Positions 12,501 through 24,026 of a stretch of DNA of 64,000 bases are shown here, piece by piece. Below the pieces are notes generated by a model that saw only the letters and a program-made list of their open reading frames with translations, did no database searches and was not told the DNA's origin. How positions within the stretch are numbered: the first letter of the stretch is position 1; every line of letters starts with the position of its first letter. This DNA is from Mustelus asterias. Taxonomy: Eukaryota. The translations under genes were made by a program, and so were the position numbers. The stretch lies in contig NC_135804.1 of the NCBI RefSeq assembly GCF_964213995.1, forward strand, positions 69,998,001 through 70,062,000. The letters are read 5' to 3'.

Positions 12501-13745
12501 CGGACGAGGGAACGCACTTCACCGGAAAGATGTTAAAAACAGTATGCCAATTAATGGGGATAAAACAAAAATTTCACATCTGTTGTGGGAAAAATCCACT
12601 AGTAGTCAGACTTCGAGATTCAGAAAATACGATCTATTAAACGGAGCTCCGTGGAGACAAGGCACATGTCTGTAGCAAACCTTCTCTCACTAGAATGTCA
12701 GGAGCGGTTCATTTTTATACCCTTTACACAATGGGTAAACCGGTGATTCGAACATTATCACATCATTTAAGCAGGTACAAACAGGTATAGACATTTAACA
12801 TTTTATGAATGGGTACATTTCCTCATGTCTGTATCTATCAATGGTTAGTTTCGGCTCATTCAGGTGTTAATTGGTTTCCTCGCATTCATACTTTCCCGCT
12901 TCCTAAGGTTAAGCTAAGCCCTTTGTTTCGGGTTTTCCTTATCTTAAAAGATGTCTTGACCCTTAGCTTGGCTTCTTGAGGTGTTTGTTTGCTATGAGTC
13001 ACTGTCTGTGATTTGGAAATGGCTTGTCTGTTAGGTTTTGATTTAAAGTGATTTCTGAACAGCAGGAGCCTGTGTCTGCTTTTTGGCTTCTTTCCCAGTT
13101 AACCCTTTATGTGCCAAGCAGCCATTTTAAAGTGTGCTTTCTTGTATTTTCATTTTAAAGTGTGCTCCCTTGTATTTTTCCCTCTACAACATCTCCTACC
13201 ACCCGCAGAGCTCTGGAATGGTGGAGCGTATGAACAGAACACAAAAAAATGCACTTGCTAAGGCCATGCAGACATCAGGGAGAAGGTGGACAGAGGTATT
13301 GTCCACCATACTAATGAAATTAAGAGCTACCACAAACTGGACAACCGGATTAACCTGTTATGAACGAATGACAGGACGGGCGATGCAGTTACCAGAAAGC
13401 ATCGTAACAGGTGGGACCGATGTCGGTCCACTAAAAGATAAAATCAAAAGATACGTTCTGGACCTGAGCACCCAGCTAAAAGGGATGCGCAAATTGGTAA
13501 GAGATAATCAGGAAATAAAAGACGCAGAGAGAGAGCTGGAAATGCTCCCTGACGTCCCAACAGTGGGAAGTCGCGTCCTAGTAAAAACATTACCCGACAA
13601 ACCAGGGTTTGCACCAAAGTGGAATGGGCCACATGAAATTATAATTAGTGGGGACACCTGTGCCTGTATAGACGTAAGAGGGAAAGGTGTCTGGAAGCAC
13701 TGGACACAGCTGAAATTATACAAAGGAGATAAGTGGCTAAATTGA
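9563..13745 (+). pseudogene. pol: ERV pro-pol (PR, RT, tether, RNase H, IN), open except for an LTR insertion at 12581-13188
   Basis: LVDTGA, YVDD, FVDGS/AELVAL/YSDSRYAF, HHCC, LDFTGP, DSDEG; removing the insert and one TSD restores KFHI-SYHPQSSGMVERMN in frame. Confidence 0.95.
12581..13188 (-). mobile_element. Solo LTR of a related ERV subfamily inserted antisense in integrase
   Basis: Reverse complement of the LTR; perfect 5-bp TSD ACATC at 12576-12580 and 13189-13193. Confidence 0.95.
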
Positions 13746-13859
13746 TGAACTAACAGAACTGCTTTCCTCAACATAGGCAAAGACTGCAAGCAAGAGCCGG
13801 CGTGCGCGGGTTAATAAATAAAATAACTTGTAAAAAATTGAATTGTAGTGTTAAGTTTT

Positions 13860-15465
13860 ATGACTGTTGCGAATATGTATGTAATCGCGTATGTAATTGT
13901 ATTATTTTGCGTTGTGGCAACTGTAAATCTGACTGGGCTAGAAGATAACTTGTTTTACAAAACTCACATACATTTACACGGGAATCGGACTGTATGTTAC
14001 CCGTTAACCCAATCAGTAGAAGCCCTATTTGTAGCCACCCCTGGGTGGACCCCTCATGACTTATATACTGTAGATACATCAGAGACACCCTGTAAGGGAA
14101 AAATTGGCAAATATAAAAGAGGTTTACAGGGGAGATGTGTGGGACTTGTAAACCTCACAGATCCTACATGCGTGGGGGTCCCAAAAGGAGGGAGGAAAAG
14201 CTTGCCCAGATACTGCAAGCTATCCGCTTTGTTTCACGGGGCAGGGATGGGGATGTGCCTATGCCTTAGTCCCCAAGAATGATTCTTGTGTACAGACACA
14301 GTGTGTCCATCAACATTGTCGGATTAACAAGGGACAGATTACTTGTATTTGTGACGAACGGAAATGTTTAAATATAACTGCGGGAAGACAGCTTATTTGC
14401 GGGCAATGTAATGGAACTCATGTAAGCTCAGCCAAATGGACATACCCCTTTGATACTTACCAGGTGGTGGGATCAAACGGGAAGCCAAATAAACTGAACA
14501 ATTGGCAGTATGAGCAAACTCACAATCGGGACACTAAATGTTACCGGGCTAAGAAGGGGTATGTATTCCTCTTCAATTCTACCTACATGACGGAAACACC
14601 AAACCTCCCAAACCGTTTTGCGGTAGGAACAATCGGGCCACTGACTGTCCCATGCCCTCAGAAGGGGTACATTCGGAGGAGAATAGTAACCCGGGCTATT
14701 AGCAGGGAATTCTGCGCAGACTGGGCAGCCCCGGGTACACTGGGATCCTCACGGGGGTATGGGTTCCTCAGAGCTTTATCTCTAGGGGGGTCAGCCGGGG
14801 TAATTGGAGCAAAGAATAGAAACCATATTGTTTGTGGATTAACAATCCTGGGAAACAGCACTTCAAAAGCATTGGAGGCTGTTAACCAAGAAATGGCTGA
14901 ACTGAGATTGTATGCTCAGCAGACACGACACGCAGTGGACTACCAGTTCGCACAACAAGGGGGAGTATGTGCAATCATAGGCAACAAATGGATAACCCAT
15001 GTCACAGATGAGTCTTACAATATTACACAGGTCATCAATGACATCAGGACACAACTTGATAACTTTAGACAGGGACCCAAGAGAGGAGGTAGTTGGCTGG
15101 CATGGCTGGTGGGAGAATCCTGGGAATCGTACCTGTTACATGGATTGGTCATACTCATTGTCATTATACTTGTCTGTTGTCTGACTGTGGGATGCCTTAA
15201 AGTCTGTTTTAAAATAATGTTGACAAGAATTGTGCCAGGAGCCAGTGTGTACATCGAAGAAGAGCCCCTAATGAAGATCCCTGAAGACATCAGACGAAAT
15301 GAAGATACTGGAAGAAATGAAGACATCAAACGAAGCAAAGAAGGAGAGAAGAACGAAGACCTGTATATGGACCTGTATATGATTGTTGGTCTGGGGATTG
15401 TTCAAGCTATAATCCGACCAAAAAGAGGGACTGTAAGGGGAAAAATACAAGGGAGCACACTTTAA
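13860..15465 (+). pseudogene. env: ERV env with one frameshift near 14190
   Basis: Signal-like MYVIAYVIVLFCVVA, Cys-rich SU, basic RRRIVTR, fusion-peptide-like GFLRALSLGGSAGVIG, ISD-like QQTRHAVDYQFAQQGGVCAII, TM LLHGLVILIVIILVCC. Confidence 0.9.
15419..15431 (+). promoter_or_regulatory. Polypurine tract
   Basis: AAAAAAGAGGGAC immediately before the 3' LTR. Confidence 0.85.
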
Positions 15466-16074
15466 AATGGCTGCCTGGCAATAAAGGGTTAACTGGGAAA
15501 GAAGCCAAAAAGCAGACACAGGCTCCTGCTGTTCAGAAATCACTTTAAATCAAAACCTAACAGACAAGCCATTTCCAAATCACAGGCAGTGACTCATAGC
15601 AAACAAACACCTCAGGAAGCCAAGCCAAGAGTCAAAACATCTTTTAAGATAAGGAAAACCCGAAACAAAGAGCTTAGATTAACGTTAGGGAAGCGCAGGA
15701 AAATATGAATGCGAGGAAACCAATTAGCACCTGAATGAGACGAAACTGACCATTGACAGATACAGACATGAGGAAATATACCCATTCATATTATGTTAAA
15801 TGTCTATACCTGCTTGTACTCGCTTAAACATGAAGGGATGTACCCATTCATAAAATGTTAAATGTCTATACCTGCTTGTACTCACTTAAACGATGTGATA
15901 ATGTTCGAATCACCGGTTTACCTATTGTGTAAAGGGTATAAAAATGAACCGCTCCCGACATACTAGTGAGAAAAGGTGTTCTACGAACTTGTGCCTTATC
16001 TCCCGGAGCTCCGTTTAATAAATCGTGTTTTCTGAATCTCGAAGTCTGACTACTAGTGGATTTTTCCCACAACA
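15432..16074 (+). repeat. ERV 3' LTR (643 bp, with an extra ~60-bp U3 repeat)
   Basis: Direct repeat of the 5' LTR with a duplicated TACCCATTCAT..CTTAAAC unit at 15779-15890. Confidence 0.95.
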
Positions 16075-17203
16075 GAGCAATATGGCCGTTTGCATATTAT
16101 CATATACACTCTGCATCATGAAACTTTGAGGCTGGAGAAATTCATTTCTTAAGCGAAAGTGTTACGGCAACCAATGTGTTAAAAATGAATCCTCCCGAAC
16201 CTCGGGTAAGGAAGCGAAATCATAGCCGAGTGCTGAAAACTGATCGGGCGGAGCGGGGCGAGGGCGGGGTGGCTGGAAATGTCATGGAGAATGCTCAGCA
16301 AATGCAGTCTTCTCGGATTTCAGTCACTTCTTGGAAGGAGGATGAGTTTCGGACTTACCCTGTTTGTATTTTCTCTATTGCGGTTTGTTTGGATGCAATA
16401 CTCATCCTTCTGCTCAAGTTAGCATGGGAAGTTTCCACTTGATCCAACGTCCATATCGACAGATAGAAGGCCGGGTGTCCGTAATAAATCAGCACCTTAG
16501 TGGCCGTTCTCATCGAAGCAAAACGTGCTTTAAAGGTTTCTTCCACCTCGATCCCTCCTGCAGCTGTCGAGCACAGCACCCAACGCATTAAGGCGGGCAC
16601 AAATAATCGGTTGAAATGAATGATTTCATCATATATTTTCCGTCATTTCCTTTCTTCAGTCAGTAGGGCTGCAGAACTTCGTGGCCAATCCCCATCCTGT
16701 GCAACACCAACTACGCACCACCTCCGCCCCCCCCCCCCCCTCACCCCCGCCGCTGCCCTCCGCCATCAGCGACACACAAATCATTTTCTTGATATGCCCC
16801 CCCTGCCGCGTTTTATCCTGAATAGATCGGAGCAAATGCTGGACAACTGATCAATTTTTACCTTGGGAAATTGAAGACTTTGCCTCCTCCAGCTCCTCAC
16901 AAACAAGCAGTCATTTCATGGACTGTCGCTCTGCTTGATCAAATTGTTCAGAATGTTGGCCAGTGTGGCAATTCCGTGCATTACTGTTCTCGGAATCATT
17001 TTCACAGGTGCCCGGTCTCACAATATGTTGTTTTCTCATTGAATCGCGGAGTTATGTGGCTTTGTTTTGATACAACATGTTTCATTGTTCTTGACAGATA
17101 TTACCTGACCCCCCTCCCCCACTCCTGCAATATGATGTCATTTTTATATTTTTCCCATAGGTCCCGGTGGAACTTCAGTCAGAGTCACTCAGCTCCCTGA
17201 GAG

Positions 17204-18501
17204 CCTCTTTCAAGGTCAAACCGAGTAAACAAACTCAAATTAAGTCAGGACAAAGTAAAAGGGGCAGCTCCCCAAAAGGAGGGGGAACAGCCCGAACAAA
17301 AATCAAAGTACAAAGGAAACTTGAAAACATCAAATTAAAATGTGATTATTAGGGTCAATAATGCACCCCAACCCCTGCGGTGCCCAGCGGGCGCGGAAGG
17401 CGTCAACCGCGCCCGTGGACACCGCATGCTCCCTCTCCAGGGACACCTGGCTGTGAATGTGGCCGCGGTAGAGGGGAAGACAGTCAGGATGGACGGCCTC
17501 CTCGATCGCCCGCTGCCTGGACCTGTAAATGGCGCGTTTCGCCAGGCCCAGGAGTAGGTTCACAAGGAGGTCACCATCCCGACCCTCCCCTCTCTGCACC
17601 AGGTGTCTGTAGATCAGGAGCGTGGGACTGAAGTGCAAACAAAACATCAATAAAAGGTTCTTTAGGAAAACAAAAAGGGAGTGCAGCCTAAGACACAAAA
17701 CATAGACATGGTCCACGGTCTCCACAAGGCCACAGAAAGGGCAGTCTTCAGAGCCCATGAACCAGTGAACCCTACGGTTGTGCGGAACTGCTGCATGCAT
17801 CACCCTCCACCCCAGGTCCCCGACGTAATTGGGGGTAGAGGGACCTTCAGCGGGGACCTCCGCCGCCCAGCTGCAACAAGGCCTGCCAAGATGTATCCGG
17901 GCGACCGACGAGGACATGGTAGTGGAAGGTGTGCAGCGGTAGAAAAAGGCACGGAGGACATTTCCGCGAGGCAGCTCATGCTGTGGGGCACCTCACCCGA
18001 GGAGGGGGCTGAGGTTTTGGGCCAATGTCGAATTCCGTCCGAACAGGGGAACGCTCCGGCCGGATCCCACCGCACGCCTGCGCCGCCTCGGGTTTGTGTG
18101 CAGTTTCGGGGCCGAGCACAACCGTCCTAAGGTCTAGGATGGCTTTGGCCACGCGTCAGACGGACTCATTATACCGCCAGACGGACGGATTCACTGGTTC
18201 ATGGGCTCTGAAGACTGCCCTTTCTGTGGCCTTGTGGGGACCGTGGACCATGTCTATGTTTTGTGTCTTAGGCTGCACTCCCTTTTTGTTTATATTAAAA
18301 TGCGCACTCAGCCAGCACGCAGGGGCTCATCCAGCCCGCCCCTCCGCCATCGAGCACGTCCCCGATTCTGGTCACCCGGGCGTCCACAGCCCTCACTCCG
18401 CCAGCCACCTGAAGTCATACGGCTGGAGGAGCGGATTCCTGAGCAGCGGCTCTCGCACGAGAGCCGCTACTCCTGACGGGGGGGAGCTGCGTGGCGAGGC
18501 G
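17204..18501 (-). mobile_element. Tx1 (L1-clade) 3' fragment inserted in the Ig V exon
   Basis: GDLGWRVMH..CPFCG..ETVDHVYVLC zinc knuckle; TSD CAGCTCCCTGA(G/A)AG at 17190-17203 and 18502-18515. Confidence 0.9.
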
Positions 18502-19699
18502 CAGCTCCCTGAAAGAGTGAACACAAACACCGGTACGAACATTTCCTTTCATTGCTCGCTTCCCTTCTTTCAAGACGGCCCACGTGTGAATGTAAATTCG
18601 TGGAAAAAGGGTGATAATCAATATCTAAGGTCAGGACAAAATGACAGAAAAATAACTGGATTCAAGACTAAATTCAGCGACTTCCTTCGTATAATGAATG
18701 TGAGTGTGCAGGACACAGGAGTATACTATTGCATTGTCACGCATCAAGGCAAAACAGCTGGAAATGGAACAGGATCTAATTTAACAGTGTGGGGTACGTA
18801 TTTTAAAAATGCGAATGAGATCCATCTGACTGCAATATTTCACACTTCTAAGTGTTCCCACATGTGCTTTGATGGATTTTAATTGTAAATTAAATCCCAC
18901 GATTAATGCAAAATACATGAATAGATTCAAATTGGTGTTGAAGGCATATTACAGTAATTCGGTAATATTGGTCTGCTTTACCTGTTTAGAACTTAGTTGT
19001 TTATATTAAAATGCGCCCTAAATTTGGAGGTAGCAAACAATTGAAGTTAAAAATGCGGTGTTAGCTAACAAGGTGCATGTTTGAACAGTAGTATACACAT
19101 GTTCCGATTTGCAGATAGATCTTATCTTATTTGGCATTTTGATTCATCCGCATTGGTTACAGCTGATTGTTTCCATTAGGATTCAAAACCTCCCTATTTA
19201 TGATATCATGGTCCATAGGAAATCGCCTATGACTAATTTTTAAATGTAGCACTCTTGAGCTGCAGCCTCATATTTTCTCATAATTTTGCCCGCCAATAAA
19301 TATAAGATCATCCGGGATCTTGGTGCCGAAGTCTCACCTATTTGCTAAATATTTTCTAATCGATTGTTAGATTCAGATGTGAAAATCGCCTTCAGCGGAA
19401 CAGCAAAATAGGCCAACAGCCCAAATTGTATCTAATTGCTTCCCGAGTAGAATAAAAGATTGAGCGAGATTTTAAATGGGTACGAACTCGCTTACATCCG
19501 CGTGTTTTTTTTAATTTTAGCCCGACGATAACAGTTTAAATTTCAAGCGAAATACTACCGACACAGGTGAGAATGACCTTTAGGATATAATTAGAGATAA
19601 TGCAACCTAACTCTCTGTCCTCCCACGACCCCACCAGCAATGGATTGGAACACAAAGTTTAGCTGGTAATCTGGATTAATGGTATTAACTATCACTGAG

Positions 19700-20105
19700 T
19701 TGGCATCACGCTCTCCTCTGTGAGGCACAAGGACCTTGGTTCAAAGCCCAGTCCAGGAGTTGAGTATAAATATCAAGGCTGACCCTCCAGTGGAATACTC
19801 CAGGAATCCTGCACTGCCGGGGGTGCATTTCTTCGGATGAATTATTAAGCCTAGTCTCACTTTGCCGCGAGGGTGGATGTGAAAGATCCCGTACCATTAT
19901 TTTGAAGAAGAGCAGGGGAGTTATCCCGGTGTCCAGGCCAATATTTCTCCTTCAATCAACATCGCAACAAACATGATCTGATTGTTGTTTTTTGCTGTTG
20001 CTGTTTTTGGAAGCTTCTGTTCACAAATTGGCTGCTAAATTTTCATAATTACAACAGTGACTACATTTCCAACGTTCTGTTTGGTTGTAAAGCGCTCTGA
20101 GACGT
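19700..20105 (+). mobile_element. Deu-domain SINE (SacSINE1-like)
   Basis: GTGGATGTGAAAGATCCC..TTTTGAAGAAGAGCAGGGGAGTTATCCCGGTGTCC..GGCCAATATTT core and L2-like tail. Confidence 0.7.
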
Positions 20106-20554
20106 CCGCAGTGTGAAACTACCAATCTTTCAATTCTTTATTGTTCCAGTTCCGCCAACACCACTGAAAATTAACCCTCAGCAACTTCAGAGCTTTTCAA
20201 TTAATTTTGTTTCACTTAACTGGCCTGAAAATCCGGCGGTTTTCCTGTTGGCTGAATATCTGACAGGGTTTATCAGCTCAATTGAGCTAATAGCATAAAT
20301 AAATTCCTATTCTTTATTCCTGTCCCTGCAGACACGCAGATGTCAAATCGCCTTCTGATGTAGTAGCACTGACCAGTTCACGAAAGAACTCCAGCGATTA
20401 ACGTTCAAAGAAAGGGTCATTCCCATCGTGAATTGGAATAAGGAGACGGAGATCGCGCACCGTAAACGAAACACCATCGTGTTCAACGACTATAATAAAC
20501 TTCGTTTTAATAATGGACCAGTTTTCATGATGTATTTCCGATTTGCAGAGCCAG

Positions 20555-20772
20555 TTTTAGAATCCATAGAATCCCTACAGTGCAAAAGAGGCCTTTCGGA
20601 TCGTCGAGTCGACACTGATTCTCCGAAAGATGATCTTACCCAAGCCCACCCTCGGCCCCTCTCGTCCGCCTCCGTCCCCCCCCCCCCCCCCCCCCAACCC
20701 ACGCCAACCAACCCCACAACCCTGTTAGCACATTTACCATAGCTAATTAACCTCACCTAAACATCTTTGCAC
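20555..20772 (-). mobile_element. Partial HE1-type SINE
   Basis: CATAGAATCCCTACAGTGC.. tail and body. Confidence 0.65.
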
Positions 20773-22369
20773 AGGTTTTATTAGGTTGGGTATCCAGGAC
20801 TCCTACATGTTACTGCAGTTCCAGGCCTTTTCACTGTTATGTATTAGTAATTCCCTTAGCAGAATGTATATTTCAATATTACCTGCCCTTAACACAAGTC
20901 TCACATGTTGCACAGTTCATCTATATTGTGACCGTTTATAACGTAAGTCAAAACTATTGCATTTTGTGTATTCCAATCATTCCTACATATTTGTTATATC
21001 GCAAAGAAATTATTAGTTAATGTTCAAAAGTCTTGTAGCATTGCACCTGAATCTCCTGGTTTAATAATGAGCTAAAATGCACTGGTACGGAGAGATAGTC
21101 TGACTATTCTTTCCACACTAAAAATGACAAGAATAAATCTAGTCGAACGCGGGGAGAATTGGGCGTGTTTTTATCACTTAACATATTTCGCTTTTTGAAG
21201 ATTTTCCCCATGAGTTCCACTGATTGCCGCAATGGAGTATCACGATGTTCCTTCCTAATTGTTGCAGAGATCAAAATACCCTGGTCTGCAATTGTTAAAT
21301 AAAGATAGCCGTTAAATTATTATGCCAATGCTGAGGGATGAATGGTTTACATCTACTAGTTTTAATGATGTAATGATTTATACATCTCAATAACCTGATT
21401 GCCAAACGGGGTTTGTTACCATCTTCCGATTCCCTCAATTGGAATGTTCATTACGTCAACTGCGCAATTAAATATTTCCGAAACTACGGATTAAAAACAC
21501 AAGCTCCGGTTGTTATCGTTTTACTATTCATCTCCATATTTTTAAAATTGGCGCTACCCTCCTCTCCGGCCATTTCTTTCACTATTGGATGCCGGTGTCT
21601 GCGGACAATAGTCCAAACTCATTTGTCAGAGAAGAACATTCCAGCGCATTCGCTCATTGTTAGCCATTAGATTCCCCTCGCTACGCTCTGCCGAGCGGAC
21701 GTACAGCCCACAAAGAGGCAAGAACACTGATAACTACTGGGCAAATATGGTTACACCCGCATTAAACTCATTAGTGTATCATTCCTAATTTATTTTGTGC
21801 TTAGCTCCAAATTCAACTCCTTAAAATTTTAGACATTTGGCTCCCAAGACATTAGATGACTGAGTCCTGTAGTTCGCAGTGGCTAAGCTGTAACGAATCT
21901 CGTTATGAGTTGAGCCAGTGGGCTACAGAAACCGCAAGAGAAATGTTATCCCTTTAATTGGTCTTCGAACAATGCGAACAGGAGGAGACAACTCCTTGAG
22001 TCACAAGGAATAGACCACTCGACCCCTGGAGCTTGCTCAATCATTCAATACTGAAATCATTTGTAGAGTGCTCTGCCTGGAATTGTGATGGAGGCAGATT
22101 CTATGGTGGCTTTCAAAAGATTATTATTGGATAATAAGCTGAAAAAGAAAATCCACTGCAGGGAAAAGACATGAGAGTGGCACTTTTTGTAAAGCGCTTT
22201 TCACGCGTCTTACAACCAATGAAGTACTTTTTGTTGTTCTAAGTGAATAACTCCTGAAAAAAGCCGGCATAGACATGACGGGCAGACCAGCCGCCTTCTG
22301 TGCTGCAAACATTGTATCATTCTAAATATTATTTCAGCAGAAATAGGCTGGGGGCGAGCGAAAAGGCGA

Positions 22370-22700
22370 TGGATTGTTGGAGATGTGACTGGGTAATAAT
22401 AGAGGGCCAACCTAATGACCTGGGTACACGGGTTCAAATCCCACCACGGATAGAATTAAAATTCAAGGAATAAATCTGGATTTAAACAACTAATCATAGT
22501 AACAGTAACCATGAATCGATTGTCCTAAAAACCCGTCTGATTCACTAATGTGAATGAAATCTACCGTTCTTACCTGCTCTGACTTACATGTGACTCTAGA
22601 CCCACGGCAATGTGGTGGATACTTGTCCTCTGGTATGGTGTGGTAATGGCTCGGGCAACTATGCAGCGACGCCCACATCCCACGAAAGAATACATTTTTA
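22370..22700 (+). mobile_element. Second tRNA-derived SINE family
   Basis: B-box GGTTCAAATCCC; tail GACGCCCACATCCCACGAAAGAAT resembles the LINE 3' end at 40272; second copy at ~38180-38430. Confidence 0.6.
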
Positions 22701-24026
22701 AAATTATGACGTTAAACATAGTTCAGCATTCTTTATTTTGTTTCAGAGGATGTGCCTTACGTTTAAAAACACTAAAATAGCGACAGTTGATTCAAGTGTT
22801 TCTGATCTTCTCGGCAGTAATCTTCTAAAATTAAACAATATACTGCCTTATATTTATTTATAGATTTCATTTAAATCTTGTAGGTCCTGAGATCCCCCTT
22901 ACATATGGATTTCTGCATCTCTAGTCTCATCATTAGGGAGTGAGTTTGCTTAAATAAAAATAAATGTCCGTATTTATTACCTGAACGGGAGGAAAACAAA
23001 ATCAAAAAGGGAGCCAAGACTTTCAGTTACATATACAAAAATATAGCTGATTGTGAATGAACAGTTCAAAGTCCAGGGTCCAATATAAATTGAACAATTT
23101 ACCCACGGATTTATAATGTTAAAGTCACCAAGACTGTTTAATTTTGAAAATTAGCGCAAATAATTTTTCAATTATGATTTTGGTGACTACAGCGGCAGCG
23201 GTGCATTAGGATTATTCAACTGTTGGAAAAATGGAAAGGAACTTTCCGACGCTCCGACCCACGGGCGGAGTTGGTCACTGAGCAGTACCTGCCATTTTCG
23301 GTCCTATCAAGGAACTGAACCCAGAGTTATGGGAAGTGGCTCCACCATTTTCCAGTCGAACTCCTGCTGCGTGTAACGTCCGGCAGGTAGTTGGACAGTT
23401 CGCCCCTATTGTCAAACATAGGTTGGACACAAAGCAAATCCTTAAAATGGGATATCAAGATCATCCTCCACCTTGCACTGTTCCTATACCAAAGTGTTTT
23501 CCCCCTCAAACAATGAACTGTTTCAAAGTTTTGATCTTCGAAACAATAAAAAAGATTTATTCATCGCTGAACGTCAATATCCAACCGAGTACGTTTCAAA
23601 TGTATATTTATATGATATCGTAGATATTTAACATAATAATTAGCCCTATTGTATTTTATTGCAATTATACATTAACAATACAGAGACAGCGACATTGCAC
23701 AATACCGCACGTGCAAACGTGAGGTTTAGGTTTCTCAACACCCGTGTGGTAGATCAGATGTAGCCGAATTACAGGACACCTGGGGATTGTGAAACAAGAT
23801 GTCACCATTAGCTTTGTGAAATGTAAAATAAAGCCTGCTTTCACCTGTTCCACACAGCAGGCAGTATGTTGCGACATCTTTCCATCACTCTGTGCCCATA
23901 AATTAAATCTAACCAAAGTAATTAGCTAATTGGCTCCGTGCAACGTGACTTCATGTCGAAAAACGACAGATGGAAAAATAAAATTCAGAGTTTTTTTAAT
24001 TGTAAACAGAAAACAGGTTTCAATAA

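Larger units (their letters stand above)
6956..16074 (+). mobile_element. Full-length endogenous retrovirus, class III / snakehead-retrovirus-like
   Basis: Paired TG...CA LTRs, PBS, gag with 2 CCHC, PR-RT-RNaseH-IN, env with ISD-like heptad and TM, PPT. RT motifs YRLTIDY, LDIANGFW, LPQGFHNSP, YVDD. Class assignment is from motifs only. Confidence 0.95.
16953..20175 (+). pseudogene. VJ-type IgSF receptor gene (NKp30/NCR3-like or V-C1 type), disrupted
   Basis: Leader exon 16953-17007 (MLASVAIPCITVLGIIFT, phase 1); V exon 17161-17203 + 18516-18793 (SVRVTQLPE..ISFHC..W..DTGVYYC..GNGTGSNLTV, GTACGT donor); next exon starts 20150 with VPPTPLKI, then decays. Confidence 0.8.

Noticed and set aside
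6956-16074. Lokiretrovirus or foamy virus identity
   Set aside because: Env has an ISD-like gamma-type TM and gag has two CCHC boxes; phylogeny is still needed.
18025-18882. 285-aa ORF as a novel Ig fusion protein
   Set aside because: Chance join of Tx1 sequence, the V-exon remainder and intron.
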